Virus record (IMG/VR): IMGVR_UViG_3300025372_000925
Coordinates: 1-24,617 of that record
Length of the DNA stretch: 24,617 bases
Reading direction: 5' to 3' (one strand)
Origin: a virus
Lineage: Duplodnaviria > Caudoviricetes
Part shown: one piece after another, positions 6,262-16,600 of the stretch
How positions within the stretch are numbered: position 1 is the first letter of the stretch
Layout: the number at the start of each line of letters is the position of its first letter
Made by a program: the position numbers and the translations under genes
The notes under the pieces: model-generated
Told to the model about the DNA's origin: nothing
The model's database searches: none
Seen by the model: the letters and a program-made list of their open reading frames with translations, nothing else

Positions 6262-6984
6262 CTATACCGAAATATTTCCTGTAATATATGACGTTCCTGC
6301 CAAACCTTGTGCATTATAAGGAGTGATTGTAACTTGATATACTCCAGTTGGGACAGTCATTGATTCTGTCACAGTAGTTGCTCCCGATGATGGCGTTACC
6401 AAAGCATTTGAAAATTGGTTATTTGCTATATTAGTAGCAGTAAATACATAATTGGTTGCATTTGAAATCGCATTCCATGATACCACAATATTGCCAGCTG
6501 TTGAAGCAGTTGTTACAACATTAGTAACTGCACCTGTGGATGATGTAGTTACTGTTGAGTAAGTAATTTCATAACCATCTGCTCCCGCCACAGTGTTAAA
6601 TAAAACTGGGATTGATATTGTATTTGTTCCAGCAGTTCCAGCCACCAATTGATATTGGCCTAGGGACAGGTTTGTTGGAGGTGTCAGGGTTATATTGCCA
6701 CCAACTATTGATGGAGTCTGAACACTTGGAGTATTTGTAGTTGATACTGATAATGGATTAAAGTTTTCTGAACTATATAAAGATATTAGATCTAGGTCTG
6801 TGCCTACATAACTTAGGAATTCTTTATGTGGTACAACCACAACGTTTCCCGCCCCATAAAGGGCTTCAAGCTTTGCTCTGCCGAGCGGGGTGTTGTTTGG
6901 ATCTGTATCAGCAATAACAAATTTACCCCTTGATTGCGGGGTTAATGGATATATGTATTTATTATTATCTGTTACGTCTACCAT
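6262..6984 (-). CDS. Minor tail protein with FN3-like domain(s)
   Basis: 'PPTNL...FNTVAGADGYEITY' and 'IVVSWNAISNATNYV...YQVTITPYNAQG' FN3 patterns. AGGAG RBS upstream. Confidence 0.7.
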   Translation of the reverse strand: MVDVTDNNKYIYPLTPQSRGKFVIADTDPNNTPLGRAKLEALYGAGNVVVVPHKEFLSYVGTDLDLISLYSSENFNPLSVSTTNTPSVQTPSIVGGNITLTPPTNLSLGQYQLVAGTAGTNTISIPVLFNTVAGADGYEITYSTVTTSSTGAVTNVVTTASTAGNIVVSWNAISNATNYVFTATNIANNQFSNALVTPSSGATTVTESMTVPTGVYQVTITPYNAQGLAGTSYITGNISV

Positions 6985-7004
6985 TATTCTCCTAAACTAT
7001 GACA

Positions 7005-7013
7005 ATTATATCA
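7005..7013 (-). promoter_or_regulatory. Extended -10 promoter element (TGATATAAT)
   Basis: Lies in the 42-nt intergenic gap upstream of the RBS and ATG of 6262..6984. The same motif occurs at 2311 and 23827. Confidence 0.65.
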
Positions 7014-7026
7014 TTCTAAGCGTATT

Positions 7027-10000
7027 TTAGGTAAATGTGGCTGCTTGGCCATACCACGAGCCATAATAAGTGTTGCCATCTTTGCCCAAAACAACCTGTC
7101 TTATTCTTAGATATACCTTACCAGTAGTTGATGTTTGAACTATAAAATAAAGTCCCGATCCGCCATTTGGTGTAGAAAGATTTCCACTACTTGTTGGGCT
7201 TCCACTTGCAGATGTTTTACCCGCATAAAATTCCCACGCCCAAGAATACGATGTGTAATCTGGTGTTGGCGTTGCATCATACCAATACCAGGATCCGCCA
7301 GATTCGTGATGCACAGTTCCATCGGGATATTCATGAAAATTTTGTGCAATTGGAAGACTGAAAGTTGGAATTGGAATATTGTATGTTGTTCCTCCTCCAC
7401 CGCTTGATGTTTGAGCTGGTATTGTATAATTAATTGAAGTGTTTTGTGCTGCAGTAGACACTCCATTAATAATGCTGTATGGCTGTACCGAAATATTAAC
7501 AGAATCTCCAGCTTTAAATACATTTTGTGCAACTTCAGAATCACTAAAACTTACTCCATCAGAAGAAAGTCCCGCCAAATAAGAACCATTAATTAATGGT
7601 GCAAATCCATTTCTTTGATTTATTGCGTATTGAATAATATTTGTTCCTGCACTGTAAGTAACTACATAATTTGTAAAACTTGTATCTCCAGTCCAAGTTA
7701 CATTTAAATTGCCTGATGCTTGAATATTTGTTACAACTATATTTCCAGTCGTACTTACGGCTGGTACGGTTCCAGTTGTATACGGCGGGTCAGACTGTGC
7801 ACTTGTTCCATTATTATTTGTTGCAGATATAGTTATTTGATATAAAACTTTTGTTGGAAAAGAATCTGGTATTGTGTACAAAAGGTTGCCAGAATTATCT
7901 GTTGAAAGACTTGATACAACTATTGCTGGATAAGTTATAAATGAATTTCCATATTGATTTGGAGATACCTTAACATTATATGCAAGTGGCGGATTGTTTG
8001 TAGTGTCTGGAGTAATTGCAAGATTAAATTTAACAGTACCGTCCGAATTATATGTATGAGGCACAACATTTCCGTATCCAGATGAAAGTGTTGGTACTGC
8101 TGGTGGACCTCCGTGAGTATTTGTTGAAGGGATATTAGATCCATCAGCTTTAATACCTACTGCACTGCCAGTACCTAAAAGTTGTCCGCTTTGATAAGTT
8201 CCAGAGTATACGTAAACTTTAACATCGTAAGTTAAACTTGAACTTAAACCAGTAAAGTGATTTGTTGTATATCCTTCAAGATTTCTTGTTGATATAACCG
8301 TTTGTGTATCATGATTTAACAAAACAACGCTATAAGATCCTGCTCCAGTTATTTGGAACCCAGATACATCTATTTCACCTACTACTGGAGACACTACGGT
8401 TACTGGAACAGTAGATTGGGTTACATCTGTTCCAATCTTAATTGATATTGTCATAGACTGTCCAACTGAGTTTACTGTACCGCCCGTTATATTTTTTGGG
8501 GTTATTGTGAAGCTATATATTTGACCGCCCTTTAATCCACCGCCCAGAGTTGGTGTTGAAGTTGCATCGTCAAATGATATATTGTAAGGAAGTCCAGTTA
8601 CGCCTTCAAATGGATATGTTAAATTATTTCCGCTTCTATTATCTGACTGCACATTAGACTGCATGCTTATTGAATAATCATAAGCATTACTATTTAATGG
8701 TTGAGTCCACGACAATGCCACATCATACTTTTTAGTTGTAGGATTATAAACATCAGAATAAACAGCTAAGTCTGTTATGGCACCCACGGTTGGTGGAACA
8801 GTTTTGTATGTAAAAGCATAGTACTGTGCAGTGTTATAAGTAAATCCATTAAATGAAACCGTAACTGAAACAGATGAAGCAATATGTGGGGGAGTTGCAA
8901 CAGTAACAGTATTTTTATTTAGATAAGTAACGTTATAACCACTTTGATTTCCAAAGTTTACAGTAGGCAAATTAGTAGATGTAAACGGTGTAGATGCTGG
9001 TAAAGAATTTACAGAAACAGTTATTATATCTCCTCCAGTAGTTGATCCGTATGAAGGATTAATTGAAACCTGACCTGAAGAATTTGCTATAGTCTGTGCA
9101 TTTGGGAAATTTGATTTCTTTGAACTAGAACCAGATCCACTATAAGTTATTTGGTTGAGTGTAAGCTGTGTTTGCAAACCATTTTTAAATGTTTGCGTAA
9201 CTCCTTGTACAAAGAAGTTTAAGTTTTTAATATTTTTAATTCCATATGTAAGAGATATAATATCGCCAACCTGAATTAATGGGTTACCAAATATAGACAA
9301 TGTTATATCTTTACTGAAAGAATCTGTTGCATTTGCAAGCACCTTAAGTATTGAATCTGCAGACTTTTTAGACTGAACCCAGTCCGATTGTAATTCTACA
9401 ACTTCATTTACATTTTGAGGATTAAGAACTTTTTCAAGAGTTTGTTGATCTGTAAGAACTATCATATTTCTTGAAAACAAAGCAAACTGTGCTGATACGG
9501 CTTGTTTATATTCTGTGCCAGTTTTAGTCCATACAGCATATGGTGAATTATTGGCAATGGCAAACTTTGCTCGGAATCCTGAACTTGCTATGGTTGAATA
9601 AGACAAAGCATTTTCATTTACAGTAATATAGTTTGTTGGGGATCCAGCTGCTGACTGATCTTGATAATAAAGATTGTACATAATCTTTAGCGGTTCCGCC
9701 CCAGATGAAGGAGTGGCACTTAGTTGAACATCATATATATTAAGACCGATAATCTGTGGTTGTGCTTGAGCCATATAGAATTTTTCAACAGATCTTTTAT
9801 CAGCAATTAAATTATCAAGATATGCAAATGATTGGAAATGATAATTAACTTGTTCATCAAGTGCTCTTTCACAAGCATATAGTTCTGCAAATTCAACAGA
9901 TGAAGAAGCTGTTCCGTCTCCAAGTGCGTAGAATCCAAATTTTGTTCCTGCTTGACCTAGTAAACTGACTGGCAAACCAGTTAAGATTCTATGGTTATTA

Positions 10001-13000
10001 ACATAAATTGCTACTTGACTTAAAACAGTAACTCCATCAGACTGTAAAATATCTGCACGTGTTATTTTAAGCCTTATCATGCCCGCTTCTTTTGTAGCAA
10101 ATATTGGAGTTGTTGATTGGTTTAACATATCAGAATTAATAATTCCAGTGATGTCTTTGGTTGGAGATGATGTTCCCAAAGTTCCATATCTCAACAAATA
10201 TTTATTTGGCTTGTCAGAACTTACCTCAATTTCTGCAAATAAAGCTCCTGTGTTATTTAAAGATGCAGAAACTCCAACTTGTAATCCAGCTATCATTTTG
10301 GAACCAACAATTTTTGATGGGAATCTAAACTTTGTTGAATAAGTTGAATAACCTTGATCTAAATCAAAGTTTGGAAAAGCTATAGCTATTTGGAATGGAG
10401 ATAATACTGGGCATTGAATTAATCCGTTGCCATTGATAGTAAATGATTGTGCATAATTCATTGTCCCGCCGTTTGATGTATATGTATAACCTTGGAATCT
10501 TGAAGAAAAATTGCCAGTCATCGGTGTATGTGTAGATGCCTTAGTTCCAAACAAACCTCTTTTAACATTAACAAATCTACCAGTTGGCGTCTTTGCTATA
10601 CTTGTTGATGAATAATAATTAGAAAAGCTGGCAACTTCATTTGTTAAATCATTTTGATTAGATACAGATACAGTTCTTGAAATATTGGTATTCTTATCTG
10701 TTAACGTCCATTCTTTATCGCCTGTTGATATTATTTCGCCTTCAATAATCGCATAGTTATCGTGATCGGTTGTTGTTGTATAAAAAAGTTCATTTAAACT
10801 ATTTGGATCAACCCGATAATAGTTTTGAGAAAATGTTGTAATTGGTTCAAGCAAATAGTTAAATGGAACAAGGTCTTCTGTATCTTGCTTCCAAATAATA
10901 TCTGGTGCTTGGCTAAGTATTGTTGTGTTGTCATTTTGTACGGTAATTGGAGTGACAGACATCTTTCTTTGCGGTGCACGGTAAAGCATTCTTACTTTAC
11001 CAGTTTTTGTTTTAATATTTTCATTATAAGTATCAACCACAATACTATTATCTGCAATTGAAGTAGAAGCTTGATTTGTAGTTAAAATTTTATTTAGATT
11101 AATAAACCTAAGTACTCCGAACTCATCAACATACGATCCTATCTGATAAGCCATAAAAGCTTCATGTAGAACATCGTATATTGTTTTATTAGCAGAATCT
11201 GCAAAGAAATATCCTGCAGTTAGATATTGATTATTGTCTGTTAAAACTGATACAAGTTCGTCACGATTGTAATCTGTAAAGCCAGAGGAATCCATAAGAT
11301 TTGAGAATATGTCTACCAAGTTTTGTTCATATGCAACATAGTCATTTACTGATATTGTTTGTAAGAACTTAACTACATCTAGACAATTAGCTTTTGCTAC
11401 TTTAAGATCTGTGTTATCCCAAGTGTCCGTATAAAATACCCCGCCTGGAATAATTCTGTTTGCTTGCGAATCTACACTTGATATTGGAATATAGTGATTA
11501 ATATAAAACTTTACATTTTTAACAATCAAGTTTTTTAGCGGAGTTGTATAAGTATCATTAGCATTTGTTGAAAAAATTGAATACGGAGTATTATTTGGTC
11601 CAGATATAGGAATATTACTTAGGTGTACCGTTGCTGAATTAGCAGACATAGATGAGATTGGCAATGGCGTATTCTTTGCATCTAATGTTTTTTGAATATC
11701 CTGCTCAACAACAAATGATGATAGGTCAAGTTCAAGTCTAGGGGATATTTCAATAACCTGTAATCTTGAAAATTCAGATTGAACACTTGAAGAACTAGAT
11801 ACGTTATACGAGCTTGTTTTATAATTTGAAATAACAGTTGACGACAACTGTGTAATAACAATTTGATTAATAGTCTGAGATTTTGATATCTGGCCAGACG
11901 AATTTATTATTGGCATTTGAGATGATGAGTCTGGTGCCCATGTCCATTTATTTGTTGTCCATGCAGTGCCATTCCAGTAAAGTACGCATATGCCTGAAGA
12001 CTTGATGTCAGATGAATGTATTGTAACTGTAGATACTGCAATTTTTGATGATGGGTTATATAAAGAAACTAATACGTTATCTGGTATTGATTGACTTATA
12101 TTAAATTTAATAACTATCTTGTTAACTGACAAGAGTTGATCATAAACCCCGCCAATTGATGTTGATCCAGAGGGGACTTCTGAAACAAAATACTTGTACT
12201 TTGACATAGGAGAAAGTATTCCGTTTTTATATGCTGGGTTTGAATTAGCAGAAAATAAAGTTCTTGGAGAATAAACAATCGGGCTACATGGAGCTGCGTT
12301 GGTCCATTGCGACGGGACACTGGATATAGTTCTGGTAACTTCTGGTATAGATGAGTTTCCTGATGTTACATAACTTTCGCCTGGTCTAAAGTAGGTGAAC
12401 ACACTGTCTGTAGGCCACATGTTGCCATAGCAATAATCAAAATAAGTTATTTGATATACTCTTAATTGAGATATCTCTATACCCCAAGTTCCCACAGAAC
12501 TTAAAGTTGTATTTGTAAAATCAAAAGTTAAATTAATATCTTGATAGGCAGGATCTGTTGGTTTTACTCCTGCTACTAATGTTACTTTTTGCCAACTAAA
12601 GTTGTCAAGAATTGTAAATGTTGTTGAATTTAAACTTCCATTTGAATTTGAAGCATTGGTTGAAAGATTAATTATGTCTGAGCTTGTAGATCTTGCGTAA
12701 AAAACTATCTTATAGCAACCCGCAATTTTAGAAGGGGCTATTACATTAAAGCTTGCCTTACCTTCAAAATTTGATCTATTTGTTGTATAGTTTGGATCCG
12801 TTACAGAAACATACATTCCCAAAGATGATAGGTCTGTAAAGGCAGGAGAGCTATAACCATCTTGCCCTGGCACCAAAGATAAATTGCTTCCGTATTTAAC
12901 CCATACGGCTGTATCTGTTATTGTTGGAGTTATAGCTTGACCATTACCGCTAAATGTAGCAAATGTATTATAAATTAAATTATAATTCCATTCAGCAGAT

Positions 13001-13065
13001 ACCAAAGGTAGGGTTTGTGCTGTATTGTTCTGAAAATAACTTTGTACTGATTGTGTACCGAGCAT
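7027..13065 (-). CDS. Large tail-tip protein (baseplate hub/central fibre) with carbohydrate-binding-like, IPT/TIG and FN3-like domains
   Basis: 2012 aa, two genes after the tape measure gene. Hub-like motifs ('YVDEFGVLRF', 'IFGNPLIQVGDII'), an IPT/TIG-like segment (INPSYGSTTGGDIITV...VTVATPPH, about 8845-9070) and several FN3-like repeats after it. Confidence 0.8.
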   Translation of the reverse strand: MLGTQSVQSYFQNNTAQTLPLVSAEWNYNLIYNTFATFSGNGQAITPTITDTAVWVKYGSNLSLVPGQDGYSSPAFTDLSSLGMYVSVTDPNYTTNRSNFEGKASFNVIAPSKIAGCYKIVFYARSTSSDIINLSTNASNSNGSLNSTTFTILDNFSWQKVTLVAGVKPTDPAYQDINLTFDFTNTTLSSVGTWGIEISQLRVYQITYFDYCYGNMWPTDSVFTYFRPGESYVTSGNSSIPEVTRTISSVPSQWTNAAPCSPIVYSPRTLFSANSNPAYKNGILSPMSKYKYFVSEVPSGSTSIGGVYDQLLSVNKIVIKFNISQSIPDNVLVSLYNPSSKIAVSTVTIHSSDIKSSGICVLYWNGTAWTTNKWTWAPDSSSQMPIINSSGQISKSQTINQIVITQLSSTVISNYKTSSYNVSSSSSVQSEFSRLQVIEISPRLELDLSSFVVEQDIQKTLDAKNTPLPISSMSANSATVHLSNIPISGPNNTPYSIFSTNANDTYTTPLKNLIVKNVKFYINHYIPISSVDSQANRIIPGGVFYTDTWDNTDLKVAKANCLDVVKFLQTISVNDYVAYEQNLVDIFSNLMDSSGFTDYNRDELVSVLTDNNQYLTAGYFFADSANKTIYDVLHEAFMAYQIGSYVDEFGVLRFINLNKILTTNQASTSIADNSIVVDTYNENIKTKTGKVRMLYRAPQRKMSVTPITVQNDNTTILSQAPDIIWKQDTEDLVPFNYLLEPITTFSQNYYRVDPNSLNELFYTTTTDHDNYAIIEGEIISTGDKEWTLTDKNTNISRTVSVSNQNDLTNEVASFSNYYSSTSIAKTPTGRFVNVKRGLFGTKASTHTPMTGNFSSRFQGYTYTSNGGTMNYAQSFTINGNGLIQCPVLSPFQIAIAFPNFDLDQGYSTYSTKFRFPSKIVGSKMIAGLQVGVSASLNNTGALFAEIEVSSDKPNKYLLRYGTLGTSSPTKDITGIINSDMLNQSTTPIFATKEAGMIRLKITRADILQSDGVTVLSQVAIYVNNHRILTGLPVSLLGQAGTKFGFYALGDGTASSSVEFAELYACERALDEQVNYHFQSFAYLDNLIADKRSVEKFYMAQAQPQIIGLNIYDVQLSATPSSGAEPLKIMYNLYYQDQSAAGSPTNYITVNENALSYSTIASSGFRAKFAIANNSPYAVWTKTGTEYKQAVSAQFALFSRNMIVLTDQQTLEKVLNPQNVNEVVELQSDWVQSKKSADSILKVLANATDSFSKDITLSIFGNPLIQVGDIISLTYGIKNIKNLNFFVQGVTQTFKNGLQTQLTLNQITYSGSGSSSKKSNFPNAQTIANSSGQVSINPSYGSTTGGDIITVSVNSLPASTPFTSTNLPTVNFGNQSGYNVTYLNKNTVTVATPPHIASSVSVTVSFNGFTYNTAQYYAFTYKTVPPTVGAITDLAVYSDVYNPTTKKYDVALSWTQPLNSNAYDYSISMQSNVQSDNRSGNNLTYPFEGVTGLPYNISFDDATSTPTLGGGLKGGQIYSFTITPKNITGGTVNSVGQSMTISIKIGTDVTQSTVPVTVVSPVVGEIDVSGFQITGAGSYSVVLLNHDTQTVISTRNLEGYTTNHFTGLSSSLTYDVKVYVYSGTYQSGQLLGTGSAVGIKADGSNIPSTNTHGGPPAVPTLSSGYGNVVPHTYNSDGTVKFNLAITPDTTNNPPLAYNVKVSPNQYGNSFITYPAIVVSSLSTDNSGNLLYTIPDSFPTKVLYQITISATNNNGTSAQSDPPYTTGTVPAVSTTGNIVVTNIQASGNLNVTWTGDTSFTNYVVTYSAGTNIIQYAINQRNGFAPLINGSYLAGLSSDGVSFSDSEVAQNVFKAGDSVNISVQPYSIINGVSTAAQNTSINYTIPAQTSSGGGGTTYNIPIPTFSLPIAQNFHEYPDGTVHHESGGSWYWYDATPTPDYTSYSWAWEFYAGKTSASGSPTSSGNLSTPNGGSGLYFIVQTSTTGKVYLRIRQVVLGKDGNTYYGSWYGQAATFT

Positions 13066-13608
13066 TTAAATCTCCGTAAATTCTATTTTAAGATTTACGT
13101 AATCGTAACCCTGCCTTCTTTTTGTTACGTCATATGTGAACGTTGTCATATATGAGTGATATATCTGGCCTGTTGTATTTATTGAATCTGTATAAGCACT
13201 TGATGGTATGGCTGGGATAGAACTTAAACTTGATGGTTCCTGAGCATACATAAGCTTTACATAAACTGGTTGAAACGCATTGATCTCATAAAAAGCTTTA
13301 ATCCATGCTGCAGCGTGGGCTGTATTTGTTGGATTAGAAAAGTCATAGTCAACCAAGTTGGTGTCAAGGGTTGGAAAATCTCTCCAATCTGTGGTGATCT
13401 TAAACTTTCTAGCGATGACGTACTTGCGAAGTGTTCCATTTGCCATTCTGTCTGCTTGTTCAACTAATTCATAAGATACGCCAATAGGCTGGCGGTTATG
13501 GTCGGAAAGCTTATACCAAGTTCCCGTCTGAGCAATTGGATCATAATCTATAGATACTTGTACACCAATAGGTATTGAGAATACGCCTGTATTAGAATAA
13601 TTACTCAT
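13066..13608 (-). CDS. Distal tail (Dit)-like minor tail protein
   Basis: Directly follows the tape measure gene (TAATG overlap at 13608). 'RMANGTLRKYVIARK' motif and terminal 'V.LK..FTEI'. The call relies mostly on synteny. Confidence 0.65.
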   Translation of the reverse strand: MSNYSNTGVFSIPIGVQVSIDYDPIAQTGTWYKLSDHNRQPIGVSYELVEQADRMANGTLRKYVIARKFKITTDWRDFPTLDTNLVDYDFSNPTNTAHAAAWIKAFYEINAFQPVYVKLMYAQEPSSLSSIPAIPSSAYTDSINTTGQIYHSYMTTFTYDVTKRRQGYDYVNLKIEFTEI

Positions 13609-16600
13609 TATACTCTGATTCTCCTGTTGGTTGATGTCATACTATCCATACGCTTGATGCTATCTGTAACTGCCTTGACTATTTCATCTGTATTGGCACT
13701 TGTTTGAGCATTCACAGTTATATTATACACTGCTCCGCCAATTCCCGCACCCCCTGCTGTTGGAACATTTGGTGCACCAACTGTTGGGAACTTAGGATTA
13801 AATGTTCCATTGTTAATTGAATTCATAAATGATGTTCCATACTTAGCGACAGAAGCAGCATTAGTTACAAATTCACCATTTGACAACATTGCTGGAATTG
13901 AATCAGATGTCCAAGTTCCTGGTCCAGATATAAATCCGCCACGTGCTTTATTAGGAACATCCAATCTGGTTCCATCTGGTGCTGTCCAGAAAGGACCACC
14001 CTTGCCAGGTATTCCTGGATTAAATGTAAATTTCAAATGACTTACTGGATCAGTCCATGTTTGACCAGCTTTTGCTCCAGTTGGCGGTGTGCCAAAAGCA
14101 TTTGCACCATATTGACGACCTTTACCATTTGGTCCAGCTGTAGTGTCAGCAACAACTTTTACTGCCAATGGATTGGTATCTGATATTCCAAGATTCTTAA
14201 ATATATCTGCAAGTGTTGATGGCAAATTCTTTTGATTCTTTAAAGCATCTGCAACACCTTTACCAGCCAATGTAATTGCATCTTTGTATGTTTGCAAATT
14301 ATCTGCTGTTTGTGTTTTTGTTTTAAAATCTGCAACAATTTGATTTAATCCAGCAATCTCTTGAGACAATGCATCTTTTTGATTTTGAAGGTCTTGTTGT
14401 TGATTAGTTGTATTAAAATCTGTTGTATTTGCATTTTTTTGTTGTCTTAACAAATTAGCTTGCAAAAAGTCTCCAGAAGCTTGTGCTAATCTAATTTGGT
14501 TATCAAGGTCTGCTTGAGAAAGATTGTATTGCTGCTGTGCTTTAAGTTCTTGAGTTTGTAATTTCATTGTTGCAAGTTGTGCATCCAAAGCTTTTACTCT
14601 TGCATTATCTTGAAGCAATTGCTTCTTTTGTGCATTTGTTAATCCTGAAGTTGTACTTGCTTGTAAAGCAGCAGAAGCTTGTGCTTTTGTAAGATTGCTT
14701 TGAGCAGATGCAAGACCAGCTTTTGCTGCATCAACAGATTGTTGTGCTTGGTCTGTATAATATTTTGTAACATCATTTTTTAAACTTGCCATAAGCTGTT
14801 GCTTATTTGAATCTTGCAAGCCTGCAGTATATTGAGATCCTTTTGTTCCAAGCATTAGCATCATTTGAATATCTGCCATTGTCATGCCTTGTCCAAACCA
14901 AGTACCTACATTACTTGCAGCACCTGCTTGACCAACATTAATTAAAGCTGCTTGCAAAGCAACTACAGCATCTTTAGAGTTTGCTGCTGCGGTACCCATA
15001 GATTTTAACAAATCTGTAACTGTTGACATTGGTGTTTGACTATTTGCAAGTGTATTTGAAATACTTAACATTGCATCAGAAAGTGCTTTTTGTTGTGTAT
15101 TAAGTTGACTATAATCAGTAGTCATTATTGGCATAAAGCCATTTGCTGTTACTAACTTATGCAGCCATGTATCTGTGGCGGTTGAAAGATCTTTTGTATT
15201 GCCAGTAACTTCTTTAAGTGCAGCACTTAGATATTGTGTTTTGCCAGCATAGGTAAGTAAATCAGTTACCATTTGGCTTACACCCTTTGGATCCATTCCA
15301 TTGGCAACTTGTGCTGCAGCAAATTGTTCTACTGTTCCTATAATTCCACTTGCTGTAGTTCCGCCCTTTAACAAATCTCCAATTTGTCGTAACGCATCTG
15401 TAGGCTTAAGCTTAGTTATATTTTCAACATCTTGTGCTGTTTGACTTAATGCTTTTTGGGTTTCTGCTGTACCCATATTAAAACTATAAACGGCCTGAGT
15501 GGTGTTTCTCATGGTTCCGCCGTAAACAGATATTGCATCACCACTTGCCTTAAATGAAGCTGCTATAGCATCATTATGTGCCTTGGCATCAGCCATCATC
15601 TTGCTTAGTGTTTTAATTGCTACAGTCGCAGCAATTACACCTCCTACAATTACACCGATACCTGGCATAGCTAGTGCCCCACCAAGCAACGGTGTTCCAG
15701 CTTCTGGTAATAATGAAGCTATCATTGCAGCATTTGCACCAGCTGTTACTGCTGTGCCAGCAGTGCTTACTGCACTATTTTTATTTCCAGCAAGTGTCTG
15801 TCCAAGTATGGTACCGCCTAATGCGATACCCATTGCTCCACCCTTGCCCATACCTCCTACTTTTGAAACAGTAGAACCTATTGCAGATCCAGCACCTTTG
15901 ACTCTTGTCATGAATGCTGAAAGCCAAGAATCTCCTGCTGCTTCTCCAGGTATTGCAAACATGCTGCTTTCTGCTGTTAAAATTTCTGCTTCACTTTGCA
16001 TCATGGCTGGGAACATTGATTCAATTTGTTTTTGCATACTTGATTGATAAACTTGACCAGCTTCAAATCCAGGAAGTGCAAACATACTACTTTCTGCTGT
16101 AAGTTTGCTTGATGTTGTTTTTACCAAAGAAGGGATCATTTGATTAATTTTAATTTGCATAGCAGTAATTTGAGATTCTGCTGCAACGGATCCAACTTCT
16201 TCTCCTATTGTTTCAGCAGCTTTTATTTCTTCTTCCCCAACTTTATTTACAGCATTAACAATTAATTCTCTTTCCGCAAATATTGCATCAGCAAAAGATT
16301 GATCAATAATACTTCCAGATGCTCTAATTTCTGCTGCCATTGCTGCAATTTCTGCTCTAGTTCCTCCAGCAGTTTCATATGTTGATACCCCTGGAAAAGC
16401 TGCTCCTCTAATTTGAGTTGCACCAGAACTACCGCCACCTTTTATACCCATAGTTGATAATGGGCCAGTAATTTCAAGTGTTGTATAATTTCTTAATTCT
16501 TGAAAAGCTTGTGCAAGCTTAAGCATTTCTGCAGCATCTTCTTCCCCATTTTGAGCCATAACAGTAAATACTTCTATTGCCTTTTTTATTGACTGATCAT

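Noticed and set aside
15583-16047. 154-aa plus-strand ORF and other plus-strand ORFs (e.g. 267..554, 4240..4569, 10079..10342, 24376..24615)
   Set aside because: Antisense to well-supported minus-strand genes, with composition mirroring the sense codons and no recognisable motifs.
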